In this document: in pieces, positions 44,117 to 54,029 of the stretch | How the letters are laid out: the number at the start of each line of letters is the position of its first letter | How positions within the stretch are numbered: the first letter of the stretch is position 1 | Program-made: the position numbers and the translations under genes | IMG/VR virus record: IMGVR_UViG_3300041411_000178 | Coordinates: 160,005 to 224,004 of that record | Strand: one strand, 5' to 3' | Length of the DNA stretch: 64,000 nt | The notes under the pieces: model-generated | The model's database searches: none | Told to the model about the DNA's origin: nothing | Seen by the model: the letters and a program-made list of their open reading frames with translations, nothing else

Positions 44117-44190
44117 GCGGCTATACTCCTCCTAACCCATTTGGGTTAGGAGGAGTACACTGTCTATCAATTTTCTTTTGTTTTTACAAC
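44115..44190. terminator. bidirectional terminator at a convergent junction
   Basis: TACTCCTCCTAACCCA/TGGGTTAGGAGGAGTA stem; T-rich on plus, GTATAGCCGCTT tail on minus. Confidence 0.75.
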
Positions 44191-45165
44191 GCAGGACTCG
44201 ATACCCTTGGCGATCTCGCTGAGGCATTCGCGCGTTCTTTCTGCGATCTTGACCACTGTCACGATAGTTGCCATGTTGCGCTTGAGCTCGGTGATCTCTT
44301 CGATCAGCTCTTGCTTGGTGTACTGAGTGCCCCGGCCACCGTGGTCGATCTTTTGCTGAATGTCCTTGATGGCATGTTCGTGTTCGCCCTTCATCGCCTT
44401 GATGGTCAACAGACTGTTGTCTGTGGCTTCGAGGCAACGCTTAGCGTAAGCCACCCAGGCCTTGGCTTCAGCCAAACCTTTAGTCGGCTCCTTGATGCCT
44501 GTGAAGCCGTTCAAGAAGTGTTCGATGGCATGACCCAGTGACTCACGATCACCCTTGCCCTTTTTGTACTCTTCCTGACGTGCTTTCAGGTCTTCGTAGA
44601 GCTTGTTGAACTCCTTGGTCAGGGCGTTCATCCGTGGCTTGTCAGTCAGGCTCGCGTCGAAGACTTCTTTGACCAATGCCGTAGCGGTCTGCTTGGCCTT
44701 GGCCGGTTCAGCGATTTTGGCGTCAGCAACTTTCTTCTTGAGTTCCTTTTTCTTCGGACCCTCCGGAAGCTTGTCGACTTTCTTCTCAACGTTAGCAACG
44801 ACCGCTTTGACGTTGGCTTCAGTCACCTGTGGGGACTCAACATCCTTGAGAGCTTCTTCAGCGCCTTTGACAGACGCCTTGGCGGCTTCCGAGTCTTCCT
44901 TGTTCTTCTTGCCGAAGAAGAAGTCCCAGATGGAGGTGAACATTTTCTTCACGAACTCCCAGGCTTTCGCGAGACCATCACCGATGTCGCTCAGGAGGCC
45001 CTCAGTGCCCGTTACAGACGAACGCGTTACGTCATTGCTGTCGAGTACGGCAATCAGATAACGTTGCGCAGCGGAGAGGTCAAGGCTTTCAGTGCCCTTC
45101 AACGTATCGAGCATGCCGTCCAGCATGGTTTCAACGTGACTTGCTTCCGGAATAGTGTCGTACAT
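44167..45165 (-). CDS. virion head (inner-body/ejection-type) protein
   Basis: Acidic N-terminal region, G-T-E site, then amphipathic GLLSDIGDGLAKAWEFVKKMFTSIWDFFFG and a Lys/Glu-rich helical body, as in phiKZ-like head proteins. Confidence 0.75.
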   Translation of the reverse strand: MYDTIPEASHVETMLDGMLDTLKGTESLDLSAAQRYLIAVLDSNDVTRSSVTGTEGLLSDIGDGLAKAWEFVKKMFTSIWDFFFGKKNKEDSEAAKASVKGAEEALKDVESPQVTEANVKAVVANVEKKVDKLPEGPKKKELKKKVADAKIAEPAKAKQTATALVKEVFDASLTDKPRMNALTKEFNKLYEDLKARQEEYKKGKGDRESLGHAIEHFLNGFTGIKEPTKGLAEAKAWVAYAKRCLEATDNSLLTIKAMKGEHEHAIKDIQQKIDHGGRGTQYTKQELIEEITELKRNMATIVTVVKIAERTRECLSEIAKGIESCVVKTKEN

Positions 45166-45185
45166 GGTGTAACTTCCTTTAAAGG

Positions 45186-48029
45186 TTAGAAAAGGGAAAG
45201 AACGCTGTTGGTCAGTTTAAGCGGTCGCCCGGTTGGTTCTTCGCTGATATCGAGACACTCTTCACCCGTTACGTTAGCAAACGCCACGTGACCGTCCATA
45301 CGACCCATCAGAGCATCCACCTGTTCTTTACTCCAGGCCAAGATGTCCAGACTGCGTGTGGTGATGTTGAGTTTGTCGCCTGTGTCCATGTCGAGCATCC
45401 GGAAGAAGCATTGAGATGCATCCTGTCCGGTACGCCAGATACGACCTTTTACTTGTCGCAGTTCATGTTCCCGGAATGGGGAATCCAGCCCGATGATTTG
45501 GTTGGCCATTAGCAACGGATAACCTTCTTTCAAGCTGTTATACACAGCCACCAGTGGGTTGGTCCGTTCGTCATCGGCAAACTGCTTGATGGTTGGCTCA
45601 CGATCACTGCTGTTCTCACCGAACACCGATACAGGCTTGTAACCCTGAGCGGTTAAGTAATCAACCGACAGTTTCAAGGCTTCAACGTAAGAGGTAAAGA
45701 TGACTGTCTTCTTCTCTACGTCGTCGATGTACTTAGGCAGTTCAGCATGTTCGATCAGCGACTTGATCGCATTGATTCGAGCACGACCCAGTACGTTACC
45801 CAATGCTTCACCACGGATCTTTAATGCCAGGTACTTAACAGCCGATTTCACGTTACGGAACTCAGCCAACTCTGGGCCTTTCAAACCACGCTCGATATCC
45901 TCCTCTACAGCCTTACAGAAGGCGCTGTCAGCAGCGTCCGTAAAGTTGTTGTACCCTTGGGTGCGGAACCGATTAACGATCGCCTTGTAGCGCTGTAGCG
46001 CGGCCAGCTCTTTAGGGTGCTTGAGAACGGTGTATTCATAGCGTTGAACCACATCGTTATAGAACACGATGAACTCTGCCATGTGTGCATTGTAGAAACG
46101 AACCCGCTCCACGATGTACGTCTGCATTGCCAAACGAATGGCTTCCAAGGTGTATTGTTCCCCATTGGGGATTTTAACCTTGATGATTTCAAACGGAGGA
46201 GGGTCCCCCATACCGGCCAGTTCAGGGATTGAGAACTTACCACGACCAATGCGGTTAGCCAACAGCGAGATCAGCGCAGGGCGGTTACGACCATAGCTCG
46301 CCATGAAGAACTCTCTGGCGTACTTGTCGAAGTGTTTGTCGATGATGCAGGTGATGGGATAGATCTCGCTCCCAAGTGCCTTCAGCGGTGTCCCAGACAT
46401 CGGTAGAGACTCTTCGAACAACCCGTCATCCGCCAGTTCTACCAAGCGACGTGTCTGCTTAGACTTCATGTCGCTGAAGTTGTGAGACTCGTCGACAATC
46501 AGGTTGAACTGTTTCTTGTTGCGCTTCTTGGCTTCGTTGAACCATTTACGCAAGTGGTCGTAGTGATTACCCTGGAGGAACTCGTAGTGGATGACGTAGT
46601 AGTCGTAATCGTCAGTCAACAAGCGACCCGACGTAGACGTCCACACACGAGGAGGTTCTTTGAACTTGCCCTTAAAGGTACCAAGCCAAACTTCCTCCAC
46701 GAGGTTCAGAGGGCAGATGATAATGCACTTGTTATCGTTCACCAACATCGACCACATTAGCGACGTTAGCGTGTTGTGGGTTACGATCCAGTTATCAACA
46801 ATGTAGAGGTGATCTTCACTGTCAATACTGATGCACGCTGTTTCGATCTGAGGCTGTTGCTGGATGGCGACTAGCTTCAGCTTGAGTTTCATGAACTGAG
46901 TAACGTCGAGGATATCACCCAACGACAGGTTCACCAAACTGTCCACCAACCAGACCATATCACGGTGTTTGAAGTCCACCTTGAACATGTTCCCGAAAGC
47001 TTCCAGCGAAGCGATGCCACCCAGACTCCACATTAGCTTCTGGAAGTTGCTTGCGCCGTAAAGGTTGTCCATGACTGCGCAGACGCCGAACTCCGATACA
47101 TGGCAGGCTGACAGTTCGATCATGTGCTTGGCAATCTGCCGACGATCGACGTAGGAAAGTTCTGTCACTGGGTCAGCCATATGTATACCGGCACTCAGCA
47201 ACTTGGTGGCGATCTCCAACAGGTCCAGTTCAGAGGGTTCTACTTCCTCACCCACATCACCCACCAAAGGGATGTGGTAACTGAACTGATCGAAGTGGTT
47301 AACGATGTCCTTGGTCGTGGTGACGTACGTCTGACCAACAGCATGACCGTCTTGGTTCACACCAGCTTCTGCCACTTCCCACAAGTGCAGCGGATGGGAG
47401 TCAGCGGTACGACCGTCTTCAAAGGTAAAACGGAAACTCTCTGTTACGCCCTGAGGGAAGTAGCCGGTGATATTGGCAACGTTCCCCTTGGGTCCTATCA
47501 CCTGATCACCTATCTTAAGGTCACCTAGGCGCTTCCAGCCACCGGGTACTTTGACCTGTGTGCTGAGCGGCATTGCCTTACCACTACCCACCGCAGCATC
47601 CAGCAGCAATCCTTTAAGGTGATAGCTTGGGGTGATGATGGGGTATTGCTCCAAGAACTCACGTTGCTTGGGGAACGGTGTGACGTTAAGACGCTCCAGC
47701 TTCTTGAAGTCGAACTGTCTTTTGATGGGATTGACGGTGTCTTTAATCCAGGTTTCAGTTTCCAGCAGGTGTTTTAATTCTGCCAGCTCTCTACGACGGC
47801 TACGGAGGTTACGAACTTTAAGCAGTTCACCCAGGGCAAGGTGTAGTTCCACCAAAAAGAAGTTATGAACCTTGATGGAGTCCCAGGTCTCTCTACGGAT
47901 CTGCCATTTGGTGATCAGTGAGCTGCTGTAGAACTTTTCGATGTCTCGTGCCAGTGCGCCGTATGAAACTCCTGTGATATGTACAAAGACCCCAGTTTGC
48001 TTTACAGCAACTGAAAATAAGTTAAACAT
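45186..48029 (-). CDS. SF2 (SNF2-like) DExH helicase containing an intein (947-aa precursor)
   Basis: Walker A DAAVGSGK|T, LIVDESH, MSGTP, VIFTSY and QVKGRIWRTGQ; start set at ATG 48029. Confidence 0.88.
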   Translation of the reverse strand: MFNLFSVAVKQTGVFVHITGVSYGALARDIEKFYSSSLITKWQIRRETWDSIKVHNFFLVELHLALGELLKVRNLRSRRRELAELKHLLETETWIKDTVNPIKRQFDFKKLERLNVTPFPKQREFLEQYPIITPSYHLKGLLLDAAVGSGKAMPLSTQVKVPGGWKRLGDLKIGDQVIGPKGNVANITGYFPQGVTESFRFTFEDGRTADSHPLHLWEVAEAGVNQDGHAVGQTYVTTTKDIVNHFDQFSYHIPLVGDVGEEVEPSELDLLEIATKLLSAGIHMADPVTELSYVDRRQIAKHMIELSACHVSEFGVCAVMDNLYGASNFQKLMWSLGGIASLEAFGNMFKVDFKHRDMVWLVDSLVNLSLGDILDVTQFMKLKLKLVAIQQQPQIETACISIDSEDHLYIVDNWIVTHNTLTSLMWSMLVNDNKCIIICPLNLVEEVWLGTFKGKFKEPPRVWTSTSGRLLTDDYDYYVIHYEFLQGNHYDHLRKWFNEAKKRNKKQFNLIVDESHNFSDMKSKQTRRLVELADDGLFEESLPMSGTPLKALGSEIYPITCIIDKHFDKYAREFFMASYGRNRPALISLLANRIGRGKFSIPELAGMGDPPPFEIIKVKIPNGEQYTLEAIRLAMQTYIVERVRFYNAHMAEFIVFYNDVVQRYEYTVLKHPKELAALQRYKAIVNRFRTQGYNNFTDAADSAFCKAVEEDIERGLKGPELAEFRNVKSAVKYLALKIRGEALGNVLGRARINAIKSLIEHAELPKYIDDVEKKTVIFTSYVEALKLSVDYLTAQGYKPVSVFGENSSDREPTIKQFADDERTNPLVAVYNSLKEGYPLLMANQIIGLDSPFREHELRQVKGRIWRTGQDASQCFFRMLDMDTGDKLNITTRSLDILAWSKEQVDALMGRMDGHVAFANVTGEECLDISEEPTGRPLKLTNSVLSLF
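46773..47576 (-). mobile_element. class-3 (Ala1, WCT) intein with a degenerate LAGLIDADG domain, 268 aa
   Basis: GK|AMPLSTQVKVPGGWKRLGDLKIGD...HPLHLW...TACISIDSEDHLYIVDNWIVTHN|T. Confidence 0.9.
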
Positions 48030-48070
48030 GAACTGCCTCCGATGGCACCCATTTAAAAAGAGGGAAAGTG

Positions 48071-49816
48071 ATGAGCGAAGAAAAGAAAGGTGAAGCCAGC
48101 GGTATTCCTGTGGATCTGACGGACTGGAACAGCCACATGGACCTCCTAAGCGATGTCGTTCAATTGCCCATCGGTCCGGATGACGGAGCCAAGGACGTAG
48201 CACTCGCCGGTTATGTTGCTCCTACCTACGAAAATGGCGTAGCGAACGGCTTCGTTGGCACCGAGGAAGAATGGAACGAACTGGTAGCCAAGCATCGTGC
48301 CGAGGCTCCGAAAGAAGGTTACATCGAGCAGATGGTTGTTGAAACCCACACCCCGGAAAGCTTCGGGGAACTGCTGAAAGAAATGACCACTCCAAAAGAG
48401 GGCGAAGATACCGCCACGCTTGCAGTGGGAACGATCACCGCCATCTCCCCGGAAGAACAAGGTGTTGCCATTGCCAAAGCGGCGCTGGGTGAACCTTGTA
48501 TCGGTCACTTTCTGTTGCTGGATGAAGACGGCAAACCGGCTGAGGTGGAAAGCTTTGCCAGCAGCACCAAAGAAGCCAACCTGGCCAGCAAATTCAGCAG
48601 TGCGCTGTCGGGTATGACGAGCCTGGATCAGATCTTCCCGATTCGCACCGCGCACCCCAACGACCCACTGCCGGGTTGGGCTCAGTCGCTGATCAAGTTC
48701 TATAACTTGGCGGTCTCTGACTTCCAGAGTGACAAACTGACGGTTGATCCTCGTACCGGTCTGTCATTCCCAAGCGACCTACAGATCTTCCGCTACGCTG
48801 GCATGGACGGTGATCAAGAAGTCACCTGGTTCCGCTTTCAGCTGGGTGATCAGTCTCGGTCGTTTGTTGTGCTGTCCAAAGATGTGCCTACGTTCCTCGG
48901 TCAGATGACCGAAGAGAATCCAATGGAATGGACTCACAAACGTCGTGCTTCGGCGAAAGGTTTTGGCCTGAATGTAACCCAAGCGCCTATAGAGTTGCCT
49001 CTGAGCTTCTTCCCGTTCAGCTTCGCCAAAGACCCAATCGACGACCTGTTCGATGGTGACTTTACTCAAGTCAAAGAAGTCTGCGAACGTCTGAACGAAG
49101 ACCTCCGTGGCCGTCTGGGTGAACTCAACCGTATCGCCCTGAAACTGGCAGATCTGATCCCGCAAAAGGACCATGACCTGTACCTCAGCTTCAAAGGCGT
49201 TAACGGTCTCAAGGAAATGAACGTAGCGCTGGATCGTGTCTATCCAAAGCTGCCTGAGTCCGGTGAGATCGTTCTCGGTGATGAGCCGATCAACATCTTC
49301 GAATGGTCTGCGTACAGCAAGGTCGTTCAGGTGAACGTCAAGCGCATCAGCCACGGCACTCGCCAGATCAATCGCATGTTCGACAAGTACCGTGCACTGA
49401 TCAACCCGCATCCGATGATCCAGGAAATCTTTGATACCAACCTCAAAGAACAACTGATGGCATCTAGCCACTTCCTCAACCGTGTGTACGGCTTCTCTGC
49501 TGCATACGGCGTGAAGTACATGGAAGAAGTCGCCAACGAAGTGATCAGCAAGTTGAACGCTCACGGCGGTAACATCGGCCTGGATCTGAATGAGTGGGTT
49601 GTTTACGAATACCACGAAGAAGGTCGTCCAACTCCAATCGAAAGTGAAGAGCTGGACTTCAAGAAGCAGATCCTCAACAGCTACACGCAGAGCTTCGTAG
49701 ACGCCCTCTACGGTTACCTGCTCGACGTGCAGAACCCGTACATCAAACCCTACACTTACCGTACGGTAGTGGAAGGCGATGACGGTATTGAAGTCGGTAC
49801 GATTCGTCAGGTGTAA
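48071..49816 (+). CDS. large acidic hypothetical protein (581 aa)
   Basis: GAGGG RBS; long ORF with strong phage codon bias; divergent from the helicase. Confidence 0.85.
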   Translation: MSEEKKGEASGIPVDLTDWNSHMDLLSDVVQLPIGPDDGAKDVALAGYVAPTYENGVANGFVGTEEEWNELVAKHRAEAPKEGYIEQMVVETHTPESFGELLKEMTTPKEGEDTATLAVGTITAISPEEQGVAIAKAALGEPCIGHFLLLDEDGKPAEVESFASSTKEANLASKFSSALSGMTSLDQIFPIRTAHPNDPLPGWAQSLIKFYNLAVSDFQSDKLTVDPRTGLSFPSDLQIFRYAGMDGDQEVTWFRFQLGDQSRSFVVLSKDVPTFLGQMTEENPMEWTHKRRASAKGFGLNVTQAPIELPLSFFPFSFAKDPIDDLFDGDFTQVKEVCERLNEDLRGRLGELNRIALKLADLIPQKDHDLYLSFKGVNGLKEMNVALDRVYPKLPESGEIVLGDEPINIFEWSAYSKVVQVNVKRISHGTRQINRMFDKYRALINPHPMIQEIFDTNLKEQLMASSHFLNRVYGFSAAYGVKYMEEVANEVISKLNAHGGNIGLDLNEWVVYEYHEEGRPTPIESEELDFKKQILNSYTQSFVDALYGYLLDVQNPYIKPYTYRTVVEGDDGIEVGTIRQV

Positions 49817-49827
49817 ACCACGACTAA

Positions 49828-49873
49828 CCTCTAGCAGCCCCCGCAAGGGCTGCTAGAGGCGTTATGGCTGCTT
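49828..49873 (+). terminator. hairpin plus TTATGGCTGCTT signal at a convergent junction
   Basis: CCTCTAGCAGCCC/GGGCTGCTAGAGG stem, with the 12-mer at 49862-49873. Confidence 0.7.
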
Positions 49874-50613
49874 CAGGGCACTGGGATGGGTGGCAGACCA
49901 GCCGCAACCAATGCTTCGTTAGCGCTAGCAAGAGCCGCTTGAGTTGCAGTGAGTTTCGTCTGTGCTTCAGCCAGAGTGGTTTTGGTACCGATAAGATCGG
50001 ATTCCAACTTAGCGATGTACACATCTTTGTTCGCTGCTTGCTGGGTCAGCGCACGTACCTTGGCTACATCGTTGCTGGCATCAGTGATCAAACCCTTACG
50101 GGTGTTCTCATAGGCATCAGCTTGATCCTGACTGACGTAGCCCACAGTTGGGATGGTTCCCAGTCTGACGGACACAACAACACCCAGGGTAGCCTTGATG
50201 TACTGCTTCGTGTGATCCAACACTTGCTGCATGGCCTGAGCCATTGAAGGTGGTACAGGACCCAGGTCAGCGATCATGCACATACGTTCATACGACACAC
50301 CATCAACCAACGGAAACGACGTCAGGTAGGTGGTGGGTACATAAACAGGAGCGCCATTACGGTCCAGCAGTGCACAGATGATAGCGCCGGCATCTTTGGC
50401 ACGTTTCAGTACGGTTGGGAAATCTTCAACAGTTACCCCAACCGGTGCAAACACCAGCGAGTACAAGTCCAGCTTGGCACCTTCCATCTCGTGGATAGTG
50501 CGTGTGGCTTCTACCGTGTAGTAGGTGGACTCGTTTACAACCGCGTTAAACGGAGCTGCCGCTTCGAAGCGACCCGCGGCATTAATAGCCGGGATCATGT
50601 TTTGATCAGCCAT
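49873..50613 (-). CDS. conserved phiKZ-like protein (probable virion component) with a C-terminal coiled coil
   Basis: Adjacent to and co-directional with the gp157-like gene; heptad-rich C-terminus. Confidence 0.75.
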   Translation of the reverse strand: MADQNMIPAINAAGRFEAAAPFNAVVNESTYYTVEATRTIHEMEGAKLDLYSLVFAPVGVTVEDFPTVLKRAKDAGAIICALLDRNGAPVYVPTTYLTSFPLVDGVSYERMCMIADLGPVPPSMAQAMQQVLDHTKQYIKATLGVVVSVRLGTIPTVGYVSQDQADAYENTRKGLITDASNDVAKVRALTQQAANKDVYIAKLESDLIGTKTTLAEAQTKLTATQAALASANEALVAAGLPPIPVP

Positions 50614-50615
50614 GG

Positions 50616-51959
50616 TTATTCACTCACTACACCGTCCTGCAACATTTGATACTTCGTCAGTACCAGGATTTTAACCTTGCCGATACGACGGGCTACGTAG
50701 GTTTGACCGAAACGCACAACACGAGTGATACCCTGCGGAGGCAGACTGATCGGAGTAACCGTTTCAGCAGCAGCCAGCAGACCTTCCATTTGGAAGATGA
50801 AGTTCATCGTGGTCGGATCCATCAGATCAACGTCCGAATCATCCGACGAGATCAGCGAGTAATCCGGGAACAACGCGGTGATCTTTTCCATGCCCGCTCG
50901 GTTGTTCAGCTTAGCCACGAAGGCACAGTTGAGCGACTTATAAAGGAAAGGAACTTCCTGCATGGATTTTATGACGTGGTCACTCGTCATGTTCGGAGTC
51001 AGATACTTGTCAACCAACACCATCATGGTTTCACGATCGGTGATTGGCGAGTACTGTCGGGCGCCATTGGTCTTGTTTCTCAGGCCATAGCGATCGAAGT
51101 TCGGAATGACGTAGAACTCGAGTGGGTTGAACAGGTCAGGGATCTTCTCTTCCCAGCGGCTGCGAGGAAATTCGGAGTTGTCGAGAATCTCTTGTTGCAG
51201 TTGATCGAACAGCTGATCTTCCGCATCTTTGCCATTGCCCCACCAGATGTAGGTCCAGCTGCCGACGTTGAAGCTTGGGGTGTTAACGAGGTCCATGATC
51301 TGGAATTCGAGAACATCACGGTCGGTATAGGGCCAGGCGCTTTGGCTATTGAGAGTTTTGAGACGGTCTTCAATAACCTTCGGAGTTTCCAACAGCAGGC
51401 GTGCTTCGATCTGCTTGTAGTTGGCTTCCATCAGGAAGTCCATCTCCGCCAACGGGAGTGGATGTACAGCGGTGAACTTGACGCGTGGGAACTGATCCTG
51501 GAAGTAAGCGTCAGCAAACCACAGGTAGAACTCTTGACGCTCGCCGTTTACGATATGGGCGCCTTGAACGAAGCTTGGCATCCAGATCGCATTGTCGGTA
51601 ACCATTTCGCCCACATCGGTAATATCGATGGCGTTCGAAAAGTTCGCTTTCAAAAGCGCTAGCGTATTGGGACGGCTGCTGGTAATGTTACCCAACTTTG
51701 CCTGCGCATAGAGCCAATCGCTGATACCAATTTGCACCAGCGCAATACTGGCCGGCATCTTGGTTTCAACTTCATCCGTCAGGGTGAGGAAGTTAACCAA
51801 CTCAGTAACCGTAGCTACGTCAGTACGGGTAAAGGTACCAGGGTCTTTCTGATAGCTCCTGGATTTGTTCGAGAGTTCGCCCAGTGGTGCGGCATTCTCA
51901 GGATTGTTGTTATAAAGTGGTGAAATACTACCAAAAGACAAATACATTACAACGCTCAT
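50616..51959 (-). CDS. virion structural protein (phiKZ gp157-like by recollection and synteny)
   Basis: N-terminal YLSFGSI...NN....APLGELSNKSRSY pattern; IPDLFNPLEFYVIP; position next to the RNase H-like gene. Confidence 0.7.
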   Translation of the reverse strand: MSVVMYLSFGSISPLYNNNPENAAPLGELSNKSRSYQKDPGTFTRTDVATVTELVNFLTLTDEVETKMPASIALVQIGISDWLYAQAKLGNITSSRPNTLALLKANFSNAIDITDVGEMVTDNAIWMPSFVQGAHIVNGERQEFYLWFADAYFQDQFPRVKFTAVHPLPLAEMDFLMEANYKQIEARLLLETPKVIEDRLKTLNSQSAWPYTDRDVLEFQIMDLVNTPSFNVGSWTYIWWGNGKDAEDQLFDQLQQEILDNSEFPRSRWEEKIPDLFNPLEFYVIPNFDRYGLRNKTNGARQYSPITDRETMMVLVDKYLTPNMTSDHVIKSMQEVPFLYKSLNCAFVAKLNNRAGMEKITALFPDYSLISSDDSDVDLMDPTTMNFIFQMEGLLAAAETVTPISLPPQGITRVVRFGQTYVARRIGKVKILVLTKYQMLQDGVVSE

Positions 51960-51990
51960 AAACTCTCACCTCTTCAGTAAGGATGGTCCC

Positions 51991-52443
51991 ATGTTAGCGG
52001 TCTTTAGAGAGCTAACCAACAGATCTATAGAATTTGTACTCTCGTTGACAAAGGGTGAAACACTTGAAGAGCAATTGACATCGGCACTGAAGACTTCTAT
52101 CTTCTTGATTACAGTACTTATGTTTACGGTGACCAGTCTTTTGATTGCTAACTACAACATGCGTATTGAACGCTTGGATCTAGAGGTGGGTATTTCTAAG
52201 GTAAACCTTTTGTTCGATGGGGATAACGGTGGGCCTATTAAAGGGTTCATCCGCATCAACGACATGCTAGCAGCGCAGAACAATGCACTGAAGCAAGAAA
52301 ATATCCTTTTCCTCAAGACCAACGCTCGTCTGTTTGAACAAAACCACTGGTTGCGTTTACAGCTTCTACAGACTCTGGACGAGAACAACATCTTGCGGGA
52401 AAACAACAAAGCGCTGTTGAATAAAGTTCTTCGACGTCCGTAA
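51991..52443 (+). CDS. membrane protein with a C-terminal coiled coil
   Basis: Single hydrophobic segment SIFLITVLMFTVTSLLIA followed by heptad repeats. Confidence 0.75.
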   Translation: MLAVFRELTNRSIEFVLSLTKGETLEEQLTSALKTSIFLITVLMFTVTSLLIANYNMRIERLDLEVGISKVNLLFDGDNGGPIKGFIRINDMLAAQNNALKQENILFLKTNARLFEQNHWLRLQLLQTLDENNILRENNKALLNKVLRRP

Positions 52444-52503
52444 TGTGATTCTTCACCCTGGAGCTCATTAATGTGTAACTACACCTTTTGAGAGCACCTC
52501 ACA

Positions 52504-54021
52504 ATGGACGAAATCATTCCAACGATAAACATGGTGGTTTATCTCACTGCAAATGCCTTAGAGCCCAAGGAAGGTCGTCGTAAACATCATTACTACCTGG
52601 GTGGTCATGGTTACACCTACGATGTAAAAGAAGAAGGCAAGAAGAAGCTCGCCAAAGACGTAGCCACCTCGACTGGTTATTACACTGGCAACAAACAAAA
52701 ACCGAACACCGTTGTGGTGGTACAGGATATCGTCAGTCTGACTGTTCCGAATGCGAGCAGTTTGATTGACAGTTTGATGAAGGGATTCCTGGAGGTTCTG
52801 AAAGTTGCAAACGAACGGGGTCAAAAGAATCTGTGGATCGTAACACCCCACAGAGAACTGGAGCTCCTCAGTAAGCTGCAAGAACCCGCATGGAAGGTAG
52901 TATCCGGACAGGAAGTAAAGGTCGGCAAACACGTACTGACCCCGGAAGAAACGAAGACTGGTTTGGAGCTTTACGAACAGCTGGAGATCCTCAAGAACAA
53001 CAAGGAACGTAAGTTGTTTTTCGATCTTCCAGGTTCTGCTGAGGGTGGGATGGGAAACCGACTTGCTCACAAGCAGATGGAAATTGCTGAGATTTCTAGC
53101 GTATGGGGTCATGAGCAGAAGCCGGATGTTTCGGTAATGTCTCGTAAGGAATACGAGAACCCAGAGACGGATTTTAACAAGATAGTCAGCGCCAGCCGTT
53201 GGTACTTCGAAACCGGTCAGTCTGAAACGTTCTATGATCTCTTCAATGGGTATCGGGTCTACAGCTTCGGTAAAGTAGAGCCTGATAAAAACTACTACGG
53301 CAAGATTACGCCTGACGTCACCTACTCGAAGTTGTACACCTTGACTCCAATCACGTTGTTGGACAAGATGTTCGAGTTTACCGCCAAGAAGATTGCGAAC
53401 CCAGATGGGTACCTGTCAGCGGGAACACTCAACAACCTCACGAGCAAAGACGTGTCGCGCATGCTGGACGGGATTCCTGCTATTAAGGAAGACAACAACC
53501 TGGTCTCGCCTGTTACTAAAGGCAATGGTAAACCGGTACTGATCGAACTGATCTCTCCGGTCCTGATGTCGTATCGCATCCGTGAGTTCTTGGATGGCAT
53601 GGATATTGTGCTGGAGTCCTTTCTCAAGAAGGATGAGAACAATGTCTTTGGTCACACCAAGTTCTATGACATTACGGATTTGGTCTACGTCAAGGAAGCC
53701 AATGGCAAGGGTGTTGTCAAGTTGAAGTTGCATCCTGAGTTCAACCAACTCAAGACAGTGTTTAAGGTTCCGGTCGAACATCGCAATGCGGTTAAGCCAG
53801 TGCCACTCACAGTGTCTGTGGGGTACGACATTCCAGAGCGTAACGCGTTTAACTCGGTTGAAGATCCTGATGTAGAGGTGTGGGTAGCGGTTGATACCCG
53901 TAACGAGCAAGGTATGCGTTACTGCACGCTGGTGAAGACTAACGACTTCATTTACGTGCACACCAGTGCAGGGGCTAATCTTCGAGTGTTGTCAGAAGCT
54001 GAGCTGGGTAGAAAGTCATAA
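52504..54021 (+). CDS. RNase H-like protein (phiKZ gp155-like), apparently lacking catalytic Asp residues
   Basis: Synteny with UvsX; YxxGGHGYTY and GNRLAH correspond to RNase H-fold motifs. Confidence 0.6.
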   Translation: MDEIIPTINMVVYLTANALEPKEGRRKHHYYLGGHGYTYDVKEEGKKKLAKDVATSTGYYTGNKQKPNTVVVVQDIVSLTVPNASSLIDSLMKGFLEVLKVANERGQKNLWIVTPHRELELLSKLQEPAWKVVSGQEVKVGKHVLTPEETKTGLELYEQLEILKNNKERKLFFDLPGSAEGGMGNRLAHKQMEIAEISSVWGHEQKPDVSVMSRKEYENPETDFNKIVSASRWYFETGQSETFYDLFNGYRVYSFGKVEPDKNYYGKITPDVTYSKLYTLTPITLLDKMFEFTAKKIANPDGYLSAGTLNNLTSKDVSRMLDGIPAIKEDNNLVSPVTKGNGKPVLIELISPVLMSYRIREFLDGMDIVLESFLKKDENNVFGHTKFYDITDLVYVKEANGKGVVKLKLHPEFNQLKTVFKVPVEHRNAVKPVPLTVSVGYDIPERNAFNSVEDPDVEVWVAVDTRNEQGMRYCTLVKTNDFIYVHTSAGANLRVLSEAELGRKS

Positions 54022-54029
54022 AGCACTTA

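Noticed and set aside
51991-52443. Holin or i-spanin call
   Set aside because: A TM segment plus coiled coil is compatible, but there is no adjacent endolysin or lipoprotein o-spanin, so it is left as a membrane protein.
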